Below, piece by piece: positions 49,534-60,634 of a stretch of 64,000 nucleotides of DNA (position 1 is its first letter; each line of letters begins with the position of its first letter). Source of the DNA: Octopus vulgaris. Its lineage: Eukaryota. Under the pieces are notes generated by a model. The model was not told the origin of the DNA. It saw nothing but the letters and a program-made list of their open reading frames with translations, and did not search any database. Location of the stretch: positions 22,010,001 through 22,074,000 of the forward strand of contig OX597830.1 of NCBI GenBank assembly GCA_951406725.2, written 5' to 3'. The position numbers and the translations under genes are program-made.

Positions 49534-51486
49534 CACTTTCAAATGCAATGCTTATATAAATAAGCATCACGCTGTTTGGAATTAACCATGCATTATCTAA
49601 TAGCTTTGAATGATGTGATTATTTTAGAATGCCATTGTAGGATGAGTATGAAAGACTTAATCTGGTCAGTTTGAACAAAAGAAAAATGGCAAAAATATTT
49701 CAACCTGATATGGAAGGTTTTAATAAAGCGTTTAAACATAGACAGGATAAAGAACAGCTTCTTGACATAGGGTATTTTTGAGTTGTAAGGATAATATATA
49801 AACACATTTCATTTTTCAGAAAAGAGAAGTCACATTTGGACAGAGTAACAGTGTGCCAGACAAGAGACAAACATCACTGTGAGCTGGACAGAGACATTTA
49901 AGTATCAAGCTAACATTCACATAACACTAAATATGTATCATGTAGAGGTACAGTTTAGAGAGTCTGTGTGATTGTTTGACCTATCTTTTATCTTTTACTT
50001 GCATCAGTCATTAGACTGCAGTCATGCTGGGACACGAGCTTAAAGAATTTTAGTTGAATGAATCGCCCTCAGCACATATTTTTTTTTTAAAGCCTGGTAG
50101 TTATTCTATCAATCTCTTTTGCCAAACCACTAAGTTATGGGGACATGCACACACACCAACACACACACACACATATAAAAACGGGGGTTTTTTCAGTTTA
50201 CAAACACATATAACAACGGGGGTTTTTTCAGTTTATGTCTACCAAACCCTCCACTCACAAGGTCTTGGTCAGCCCAAGGTACCATACAGTAGGACTGAAC
50301 CCAGAATCATGTTGTTAAGAAGCAAGCTTCTTACCATACATCCACGCTTGTGCCTACAAGAAATCTTGAACATATAACATCGTCATTCTCTCATCTTAAA
50401 AAATATATGTATTGAAGAAGATAGTTCTAAAGATAGCCATAAAAAATGGGATGGTTACAGCTGGAATGTCTTCAATCATATGTCTGCATAATAAGATTTG
50501 ATCTGAGACTAAGCAACAACACAAACAACAGTTCACCACAAGAATCGAGAAACTGTATGTCTGACAATCATTTCATTAAATTTCCATGCTAAGGAATATA
50601 TCCTCTTTTCATCTCTATAAAGAGTACAACATTTTCAGTGATGCCCAACCAACTAATTGGATTTTTTCCTCTTGACTTAACTCCAGCTTTTGAAACAAAT
50701 TAAATTCCAAATTCATCATAAGCCAAATATGCTATTCAAAAGATTTTAAAATGATTTATAACTTAGTCAGAAAATGAAAAGCAGTACACAAAATGTGTTT
50801 TTTCAGTGTTTCCAATCCAAGATTGATTAGAAGAAGAGAAGAAGCTATCCATAGATTAAAGACCTAGTCTGAAAGCAGCCAAGGGCCAATGTGGTGTTAA
50901 ACCAGGTGACAGGAGTATTCTTTTACCAAAAACTGGAATAGCCCCCCAGATGAGGTTTAACATAGTTTGCATCTACCAAATTTCACTGAAAAAGCATTGG
51001 TCAATCTGGGCATATGATACAAGACACTTGTCCAATGTGCTGCACAGGAAAGCATGGTTGTGTGGTAAGAAGTCTGCTTCCCAACAACATGGCTCTGGGT
51101 TCAGTTCCACTGTGTGGCACTTTGGGCAAGTGTCTTCTACTATAGCCTTGGGCCGACCAAAGCCTCGAGTGGATTTGGTAGATGGAAACTGAAAGAACCT
51201 GCTGTATGTCTGTGTCTTTATGTTTATCTTCCACCACCACTGCATGACAACCGGTGTTGATGTGTTTACATCCCTGTGATGCAGTGGTTTGCCAAAGAGA
51301 GACCAATAGAGTAAGTACCAGTCTCTTTAAAAAAAAGTCCTGGGGTTGATTTGTTTGACTAAAACCCTTCAAGGCAGTGTCCCAGCATGGCCACAGTCAA
51401 ATGACGAAAACAAGTAAAAGAATAAAAGAATACAATGATGGAATCCAGCATTAAACAATTATAATTTCAGTGGAATTTCAACAAAC

Positions 51487-51581
51487 CTTAACTGTTCACC
51501 ATGTTGAAACAATCTGAAAGACTCCTCCTGTTTTTGAGCGAGTTCGAGTTTTCTCCACAGACTGTTTTGTCTCCATCGTTT
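51487..51581 (-). CDS. SAFB-like gene exon following the RRM
   Basis: atatcag acceptor; KRWRQNSLWRKLELAQKQEESFRLFQHGEQL. The AG|GTTTGT donor gives the phase needed by the next exon. Confidence 0.65.
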
Positions 51582-52292
51582 CTGATATAAAACAACATAA
51601 AATGTAGAACAGAAAACCACATAAAACTAACAAACCATATTAAAACAATCATCATCCTCATCATTCAACATCCACTTTTTTCCATGCACAGGTCAAAGAG
51701 AATTTCTTGAGGAAGATTTTCAACAGCTAGATGCTCTTCCTGTTGCCAATCCTCAAAAATTTTCAAGCAAGTTAATATTTTCTCAAAGCTATAGGGTTGG
51801 AAGTGATTGCGTCTTCTACTATAGCCCCAGGCAGCCTAAAACCTTGTTAGTGGATTTGGCAAACAGAAACTGAAATACGCCTATCGTGTGTGTGTGTATG
51901 TATGTATGTGTGCATGCAACTGTTTCTTTGCTTTAACCCTTTTGTTACTAACCTGGCCAAAACCGGCTCTGTGGTAAAATGTCTTGTTTTCATACATTTT
52001 GATTAGTGGATTTGGCAAACAGAAACTGAAATAAGCCTATCATGTGTGTGTGTGTATGTATGTATGTGTGCATGCATGCAACTGTTTCTTTGCTTTAACA
52101 TCATATGATAGTTATAAGAGGAACGTCACCATCATACAAGTTTTATCTTGTCTCCAACCTTCCGTGAAAACATGTCTAGTCACAAGGGTAACAACTGACT
52201 AATACCTATCTAAATAGCTGATCACGTCTATCTATATCTACTTTCTTAAATAGATAACCAGATATCTATTTACTTAAACAGTTGACAACATA

Positions 52293-53143
52293 CAGTGTCC
52301 AGGCTAAACTTGACCACTTTCTTTGTCCCCCCCCCTCCAAACTGCTTGATGTATCAGTGGACAGTCAACAGTCCACAAAGTTGGAGAGCATAACTATTAA
52401 AGCTGTAGTTGAGAAAAAGTTAGCTGACATGGAACACTGGAAACCATCTAAATATTGGAAAGAAAGAGTTGCCTGTATCATGATAATTCACACTGAGTAT
52501 CAAAATACTGACATGCTGCTCAATGCTCTGTGAATACTGTTTGATGTGACATGGACAGCTGCAATGGAGACTACAAAGTCATGGCCAGTTGGAAGGGACA
52601 CAGCATGCATTCTGACTGAATCCACAAGTCAGAATCCATCTCCACATCTTTGAACATCTCAATCCCTGGCTGAAAAGAGTTGATGCTAGAAGGCCATATG
52701 TGTGGTAGCAGGATTTGGTTCTTTGTCATATTTACAGAATGAGCTGGAAGTGGTTGTCACAGAATGCCTACAACTTCACCAGCTCCAATTTCTGGCCTCC
52801 TAATTAATTCCCCTGATCGTAATCCCATTGATTACTACATGTGGGGCACAGGTGAGAAAGACAACAGCTGCTCTATTTGAAACACCAAGACTGAGCTGGT
52901 AGCCAAGATCAGGGTGGTGTTCAAATATCTTCCCAGGAACACAGTGGAGAATGCATACACCAGGTTCTGAAGCTGTCTTGAGGCTGTTGTGGAAACTGAG
53001 AGCTGCTACCTTTAAACTGTTATCTCCCAGCCATAATCTGGTTTATATATATATTTTTTATTTTTTAAATATTTTAATTTTGAATGAGATGTTTTTTTTT
53101 TCTTTTTATGCAAACTGTCAAATTTAGCCTGAACACTCGGTGT
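52293..53143 (+). mobile_element. Internally deleted Tc1-like transposon
   Basis: TIRs CAGTGTCCAGGCTAAACTTGAC / GTCAAATTTAGCCTGAACACT. Frameshifted WPP.NSPDRNPIDYYMWG motif near 52790-52850. Confidence 0.75.
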
Positions 53144-53223
53144 ATAAACATCTACCCTCTTTAAGAATTAACCATGTCAAATTTAACCCAAATACCCAGT
53201 ATATAAACGCCTATCCTCTTTAA

Positions 53224-53668
53224 CCCTTTCGTTACCAACATGGCTGAAACCAGCTCTGGATCTGTAGAACAAATGTCTTGTTTTCATAAGTTTTGAATTA
53301 AAATCTTCCATGAAACCTTAGTTACAATTTAGGTTTCTAACACTAGCTTAACCCTTAGTGTTCACATTATTCTGCCAAAATTAATGCTTTTTTTTATCCA
53401 CATTGTTTTGAACTAATCATGCATTATCTTGTAGCTATGAGATTTTGATGAGGTAGCTGTTAATTTTTAAAACGATATTGTAGGGTTGGTGTGAGAGACC
53501 GGATCTGGCCAGTTTGAACATAAAACAGGCAGAATACTTTTGGCCGGATATGGCCGGTTTAAATGCTAAAGGGTTAATGATAACTAAGCTATTTTACTAA
53601 ATTTTCTGTTATATTTTAAATAATTGAAAGAAACACAGAGCATCTCGAAATAAATAGTAACGAAAAAG
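53224..53668. mobile_element. piggyBac-type MITE (TTAA TSD) with a second TTAA MITE nested at 53352..53573
   Basis: Outer element TTAA|CCCTTTCGTTAC...GTAACGAAAAAG|TTAA. Inner element TTAA|CCCTTAG...GCTAAAGGG|TTAA. Confidence 0.75.
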
Positions 53669-53911
53669 TTAAGAGTTAACCATGTCAAATTTAGCCTGAA
53701 CACCTGATATATAAATGTCTATTCTTTTCAAGAGTTCAACATTTATACTGCAATAACCTGATTAACTCAACTTGCTCCAAAATCTATATCTATTGGAAAC
53801 GATGACCATCAATATTCCAATAGTAAATAACAATAAAGCTCATCATATATACCTAATTCAGTAGCTGACCATCTGGTCTGAAGACAAACCAATGAAGAGA
53901 GGATAACTCAC

Positions 53912-54061
53912 CTTAAGAACTTTTATCTTATGGCCTTCAATTTTAGTTTGGTTCAAAAACTTGATACATTTTTCAGCCTCTTCAGGCTGAGACATTCCTA
54001 TGCAACCACGATACTGAACACCAGTTTTTCGTTTTTTTGATAATATTTTGGCACCCAAAAT
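53912..54061 (-). CDS. SAFB-like gene, RRM second half
   Basis: ataccag / GTGAGT; ILGAKILSKKRKTGVQYRGCIGMSQPEEAEKCIKFLNQTKIEGHKIKVLK; phase 0-0. Confidence 0.88.
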
Positions 54062-54984
54062 CTGGTATGAACAGACAAAAACAGTAGAAAATAGTTAAAC
54101 TTTAAACATGAAAAATTACATGTATGTATTCAATCCAAAAGTTATCAACGTCAATATCTTGAAAAAGGCAGCGAGCTGGCAGAATCGTTAGCACACTGGA
54201 CAAATTGCTTCACAGTATTTCATCCAGCTTTGTGTTCTAAGTTCAAATCCTGCCAAGGTCGACTCTGCCTTTCATCCTTTCAGAGTCAGTAAAATAATTA
54301 CCAGTCGAGCACTGGGGACAATGTAAATGACTTTACCTATTCCTCTGGAATTGCTGGCCTTGTGCCAAAATTTGAAATCAGTATCAATATATTAAATATT
54401 TTCAGGTGTTTTTTTACTGATTCAAAGGAAAGGGCAGTGCCCGTGGTTTTTACAGGTTCTCCAAGACTGGTAAGAAATATTAGAACTATTTCTTTTGAAC
54501 AATTGAAATTGATGGCTGCAATGAAGGAATTCCAGAAAACCAACATCCAAAGAGAAATGACTGGGTATAGTGGTTATTATGGGGCAAGGGGTGGGAGGAG
54601 AAGAGAAGTGAGGAAACAAAGAATGAGTGCCAAAGTAGCGGTGGCACAAGATCAGCCTTCTTTAAGAAACAGGATATGGGCACAGCCTTTTACTCCTGAC
54701 AAAACCATTAGAAAAAAATTTTTTAATGAAAAAACAAAAAATTCCTGTAAAGAATTTTACATTTCTTCAATTTAAGATATTTCCTGTTAATGTGCAATAA
54801 TCTTTGGATACTGTACATTATTTTGAGAGAGGAGAGGATGGGAAAGACATGTTTTTGGATCAAAGGTTAGTGTGTGTTGGCAAGTGACTTCATTAGTGAC
54901 TAATTAGTCAGAAGCATCATCCATATTTCCTATAATAGCTTTACAGATGTTGGTTTGAAATGAGTATGGAATGAGTGCAAGAGC

Positions 54985-55390
54985 CAAGACTGGATTAAGA
55001 CCCATAGAGGCCCTAAACACTTTGAAGATTTTCGTACCCCCATATATATGTAATTTAAGGTATAAATAATAATAAACCATAAAATAAATTTTTATTTTTC
55101 AAAAGGAAACAAAACTAATTTAATTTTGTATATTTCCACTTTATTTGTATTCGCAAAGTTTTTCCCTACTTTTTCAATTGCAAAGTTTTTGATCTGATTC
55201 TCAAAATTAATCTTACATAACACATCTGCTTCTATACTTAATAGAGAGATAAGGCATCCCAAATATTATTTTGGTAAGTTTAAAGTGGCTTCTTTTGTGT
55301 CATAAACCATTTAGCATTTCTGTGATAGCCCCTCCTTCCTTTGATGCCCTAAGCACGTGCTTATTTTGCTTAATGGTTAATCTAGCACTA
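54985..55390 (-). mobile_element. Non-autonomous hAT element with 8-bp TSD
   Basis: TSD GCAAGAGC (54977-54984, 55391-55398), imperfect TIRs, and a residual hAT C-terminal peptide LSIEADVLCKINFENQIKNFAIEKSR. Confidence 0.8.
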
Positions 55391-56274
55391 GCAAGAGCCA
55401 AACGGAGCTGAGAGTATTGAAGTCATTGAGGTCAAGGATTTTAGAGAAGAGTTAATTCATTAATAAAAACATTACATGAATGTGGAGGAAAGGATTTCAT
55501 TCAACATAACTGTGCCTTTATGGTTAAAGAGTTGTTGGTGAGTAGAGCAAGTTTGGAGAGTAATAAGAGAAGCAGATGTACTTAGAGAGTAGTAGATGAG
55601 GAGAGACTTAGAACTTAGATAACTGGAAGTGTTTCTGCTGAGAGAGAGAGAGATAGGGGGGGGGAACGACAAGGAGAGTGAATTCAACAGATGTACAAAT
55701 ATCACCTATCAGAGCAAAGTTTGGATATTGAAATGAAGATTGAGAGATCTGGGTCTTAGATAAGAACAGAGTGTAGCTAGCCTGTTAGTAAGAGCTGCTG
55801 TTTGCAATCAAATAGAGAACTGTTAAAGAAAATTGTTTATGAGATTTAATGTTATGTTGTGTAATCTAGAGAATATACTAAGTGTTGGAGTAACAGATCA
55901 TGATGAGAGGAAGCTTCATTGTATTTTCACAAGAGAGCAAACTACCAAAAACACTTGTAGTTCAGGATGAGTGATTGGTGTGATTTACCCACCACTGACA
56001 ACAAAAGACATGAGCAAAATTTAACATACTTGCCTAACTAAGCATATACAACAACATTGTCAAATGTCATTAAGAAAACACCTCCAGCATTGTGATTCCG
56101 TCTCTCTTCTTAGCAACTATCAGTAAGGCTTTCATAAATGGGAGATACATAACATATACACATACTAGGTTGCTGTTGGTATTTTGAATATAAGTACTAA
56201 TGAGTAATTACTATCATTAATTCAATAATAAAAGCATTATGTGAAAATGAAGAACAAAATTTCATTCAACATAC

Positions 56275-56366
56275 CGTGCCATACTGGCTACAAAGCCTTT
56301 TCAGTTCATCCAAACAGGTATTTGAAGGAAGACCTGTGATCCTCAAATTCCAACGGTGGTTGCGAG
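56275..56366 (-). CDS. SAFB-like gene, RRM first half
   Basis: ttaatag / GTATGT; RNHRWNLRITGLPSNTCLDELKRLCSQYGT; phases 1/0. Confidence 0.85.
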
Positions 56367-56434
56367 CTATTAAATGCAGGAAAACATTCAATAAATAAAT
56401 AAACAAATAAATAAAATACACACACACACACATA

Positions 56435-57020
56435 TAGGGTGTGCCTAAAGTCTGGACACATAGGCAAAATGTATATTTTCACAAAATACACATAAAATTT
56501 TCAGCAATATTCTATACAATTGGAAGATTAACAAATAACATCTTCAATATAATTTCCACCATTTCTGATGCAAAGGTTGATGCATTTTGCAAGATTTACG
56601 TGAACCCGATGTATTAACTTTACACTGCCATCAATTTGAGCACATTCACTCTTATATCAAGTGTGTGTTGCATCTGTGACTTTCAGTCAGTACGCTTTCT
56701 CCCTCAGCACACCCCAGAAAAAAACAAAAGAAGTCAAGGAGGCTAAGATCTGGTGAACAAGGAGATCACTCCACATGGCCACATCTTCCAATCCAGTTAG
56801 GGAAATCGTCATTCAGCCAATCTCTTACCACTGTGGTGAAATGGGCAGGGCTGTCATCTTGTTGGAACCACTCAAAGTTCTTCACCTAGCCTTTCAAGTT
56901 GGGGCATTAACTGGTTTCTCAACATGGTGAGATAAGTCTCATCTGTTACATGTTCACTGAAGAAAAAGTGGCCCCCACCAACATGAGATTTCCTAGTGTC
57001 CAGACTTTAGGGACACCCTA
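56435..57020 (-). mobile_element. Internally deleted Tc1/mariner element
   Basis: 25-bp TIRs TAGGGTGTGCCTAAAGTCTGGACAC / GTGTCCAGACTTTAGGGACACCCTA. Remnant FQQDD and SPDL..L..F.WG motifs. Confidence 0.8.
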
Positions 57021-57172
57021 TGTGTGTGTGTGTGTGTGTATTATACATATGAAATGAACCAATAAATATGAAACACAACTCTCCTGCTTATGTTCAAATT
57101 TCAAATATCTCAAACTGTTACAATAAGCTTAGAAAGAAAGAAAACATTCAAGTAAAAAATTAAAAAACTTAC

Positions 57173-57195
57173 GTCTGTCAACGTTCGACTGATCC
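57173..57195 (-). CDS. SAFB-like gene, 23-nt micro-exon
   Basis: ttgttgtag / GTAAGT. Converts phase 2 to phase 1 as the flanking exons require; encodes (R)DQSNVDR(P). Confidence 0.65.
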
Positions 57196-58317
57196 CTACA
57201 ACAATAAAACAAATGTTTAGAAATATCAAAAAATATAACGAATTCTGAATGCTAAGAGACAGAATAGAAATGTTATTTCAGCATTCAAATAAAATAAAAT
57301 TAGAAACAAATCTATATTATGCAACTTTACATCAAGTTTCTCAATCTAAACAACCAGGTAGAGATATATTGAAGTTAACAAATAAATAAGTAGTGTATAT
57401 ATATATATATATTTGAGTATGTATGCATGTACAACATGAAATGAAGTGTTTTGCTCTAGAACACAACGCGGTGCCCAGTTCAGGAATCGAAACCACAATC
57501 TTACAATCACAAGTCCAACATCCTAACCACTAAGCCACATGCTTCCACAGTGACACCTTGAGCAACTGTCCTCTACAATACCCCTGAGCTGACCAAAGCC
57601 TTGTGAGTGGGTTTAGTAGAAGGAAACCAAAGTAAGCCTGTTTGAATAAATATATATATATATATAGTAAATATATATATATATAGTAAATATATATATA
57701 TATATAGTAAAGTTTCTTTATTTATTGTATAGGCAGTAGTCTGAAGTGCTCATATAAAAGACCCAAGATGCAAAAGTATTAAAAAATGCCATGGGGAATT
57801 TCAGATAGGTTCAACAATTGAAATAAGCATATATTCTGTCATGGATCAATGAATATTAGTCTTAAAATTAAATATACCAATGTATCAGTCATATATATAT
57901 ATAAATATATATCTTTACTCTCTTTTACTTGTTTCAGGCATTTGACTGTGGCCATGCTGGAGCACCCCCTTTAGTCGAGTAAATCAACCCCAGTACTTAT
58001 TCTATCGATCTCTTTTGCTGAACGACTAAGTTACAATGACGTAAGCACACCAGCATCGGTTGTTAAGTGATATGGGGGGATAAACAGGCACACAAATGTG
58101 CACACACACACACATATATATACGACGGGCTTCTTTCAGTTTCCGTCTACCAAATCCACTCACAAGGCTTTGGTCAGCCTGAGGCTATAGTACACGACAC
58201 TTGCCCAAGGTGCCACACAGTGGGACTGAACTCGGAACCATGTGGTTGGTAAGTAAGCTACCTACCACACAGCCACTCCTACGTCTATGTATATGTGTGT
58301 ATATATATCTATGTATA

Positions 58318-58351
<34 letters not shown>

Positions 58352-58417
58352 CCGGAATAAACACAAAAATGTGAAACAAGGTGGAAAAAAGAGTACTCAA
58401 ATACCAGAAGTAGAATA

Positions 58418-58551
58418 ATATACTTTATTTAAAAGCAGCAGAAATTTAACAAAAGCTGTTACTCGGAGTTTCACATTCCCGTTCGTCGGACACAAACGAG
58501 AACGTGAAACTCCAAGTAACAGCTTTTGTTAAATTTCTACTGCTTTTAAAT

Positions 58552-58560
<9 letters not shown>
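58418..58560. repeat. Fold-back inverted repeat (~65-bp arms) with a hammerhead-like motif at 58457..58492 (-)
   Basis: The arms pair nearly perfectly around an ~11-nt loop. The minus strand reads TGT-CCGACGA-ACGGGAATGT-GAAA-CTCCGAG-TA-ACA. Confidence 0.8.
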
Positions 58561-58587
<27 letters not shown>

Positions 58588-60068
58588 CACACACACACAC
58601 ACATATATATATTTGTTCCTCCTAGTCTTGATATCGTGATAGTTGTAAATGAGAGTCCCTGTCACGCAAGCTGTCTCACTTGTTTTCAGTATTCTGCAAA
58701 ATCATGTATGGCTAGTGGGAAATTCCACTCCTTGCTTGAAAACAGGTGAGGGTTGTCAAGTGAAAGAAAATCCGGCCAGAGAAAACCTGCCTCAATAAAC
58801 TTCCTCCGACACATGCAAGCATGGAAAAGTGGACACTAAAACAATGATGATGATACAGGTTAGCTTAAGGTTAAAATAAAACACACATGTATATACCGAG
58901 AAATGCAAAGAGGCATGGCTCAGTGGTTAGGGTGTTGCACTCACGATTGCAAGATTGTGGGTTTAATTCCCAGACCAGGCATTGCGGTGTGTTGCTATGC
59001 GATCGTTTCAACATCTGTTGCACCTGTACAGGTAATGTTGATTTGATAGAGGCAGTGAGCTTATGTCTAAACAAACATTTGATCATCATCATCATCATTT
59101 AGCACCCGCTTTCCATGCTAGCATGGGTTGGACGGTTCAACTGGGGTCTGGGAAGCCAGAAGGCTGCACCAGGCCCAGTCTGATCTGGCAATGTTTCTAC
59201 GGCTGGATGCCCTTCCTAACGCCAACCACTCCATGAGTGTAGTGGGTGCTTTTTACGTGCCAGACGTAAAAAGCACCATGGTCGGATGGTGCTCTTTACG
59301 TGCCACCGACACGGGGGCCAGGCGAGGCTGGCAACGGCCACAATCAGATGGTGCTTTTTACATGCCACCAGCACAAATCATCTGTGTGGTTGTTTGGTAA
59401 GAAATTGTTGAACCCTCATACATCATCTAACGACAGGAGAGTCCATTATTAGTCATTTTTTTCTTTTACTTGTTTTAGTCATTTGACTGCAGCCATGCTG
59501 GAGCACCGCCTTTAATACATACACACACACATATGTATATGGAGAAAAAAGTCAAGATAGAAAATGCTAAAATAATTTTATAAAAAACATTTCAGTACCG
59601 GTTTCAGTCATTGAGACTTTTTCAACTTTAAGTATGGAAAACAGTTAACTTTTGGTAAAATTAAAAGAAAAGTTTTTTAAAAGAATATTTGCATAGTGTT
59701 CAAATACAAGTGGCATTTTCCTTGTTTCTCTCTCTCTCTTGTTTACTTTTGTGGGTTCAAGTTCAAACCCACAAGAGTAAACAAGAGAAACAAGTACCTC
59801 ATTTTCAACTGCCTATCACCTCAATACACTTGACTAATATAGGCACAATGAGTTGCTATCATCTATAGGCTGAAACAGCTGTAAGTGATTTTGATAATTT
59901 ATTTTCATGTTTTTAAATAACTGCTTGTATTCTTATCTTATATGCATTGAATAATATACTATATGTATGTATGTTATTATGGTTGTCGTTTTGATAAATA
60001 AATAAGTCAACATTTTAATGTTCTAAAGTTGATGAACCAACTAATGTGCTTCTCCATTTTCTTATTTG

Positions 60069-60100
<32 letters not shown>

Positions 60101-60105
60101 TAAAT

Positions 60106-60207
60106 TAAATTAAATTAGAGATAAAACCACTATTAGGCAAGTTGTCTAATAAAATGTCTATCACTGTTTGAGTTGCCTAATAGTGGTTTTATCTCTAATT
60201 TAATTTA
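60106..60207. repeat. Perfect 35-bp-arm inverted repeat
   Basis: TAAATTAAATTAGAGATAAAACCACTATTAGGCAA (60106-60140) and its reverse complement at 60173-60207. Confidence 0.9.
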
Positions 60208-60398
60208 TATTTATACTGTGAAATTTGATTTAATCCTAAATCTAATTTCCCCCTGTAAGTTTGGACATACTCCCTAATATTATTATTATATATATATATA
60301 TATATGTATGTATATATATATATATACGGAGAAGTAAGATCATTTAACTAATAACATCTTTAAATCAAAGCAGTAGGAAAGATGACAAGGAAACCAAC

Positions 60399-60634
60399 CT
60401 TTTTGGCCTAACATGACCTTTCTTCTTTGTTTGCTCTGTTTCCTTCTTAGCCTTTTCTTCAGTTATTTTTTCCGTTTCACTTCCGCCATCTGAATCTTCA
60501 CTTCCCGTTGTGCTCATTTCTTCATTATTCGTCTCTGATGCCACAAGATCAGCTTCTAGATCACTTTGTGTGTCATCAACATGTACAATCATTGAAACAT
60601 TTTTCTCACTCTGTTCAACGGGGGAAGTTTCCAT
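60399..60634 (-). CDS. SAFB-like gene, first coding exon (exon itself probably starts at 60827)
   Basis: ttttccag acceptor at 60829-60828. First ATG (AACATGG) follows in-frame stops. METSPVEQ...MIVHVDDTQSDLEADL...KKKGHVRPK; AG|GTTGGT donor. Confidence 0.75.

Larger units (their letters stand above)
37551..60634 (-). other. Diverged SAFB/SLTM-like RRM protein gene span (15 open coding exons plus 1 stop-containing exon; about 915 aa)
   Basis: All exons are GT-AG with matching phases. The RRM aligns by eye to the SAFB RRM (NLWVSGL..DLKNLFSKYGK VVGAKVV..EEATKCI..L..TE..G). Acidic N-region, charged helical region, and R/G/S/Y-rich C-terminus. Confidence 0.7.

Noticed and set aside
51498-51500. 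Alternative donor G|GTGAAC for the post-RRM exon
   Set aside because: It gives phase 1, which meets a TGA early in the next exon. The donor after 51487 keeps the frame.
54362-54775. 137-aa plus-strand ORF
   Set aside because: Starts inside a SINE tail, has no splice or domain support, and is probably antisense to a degraded repeat.
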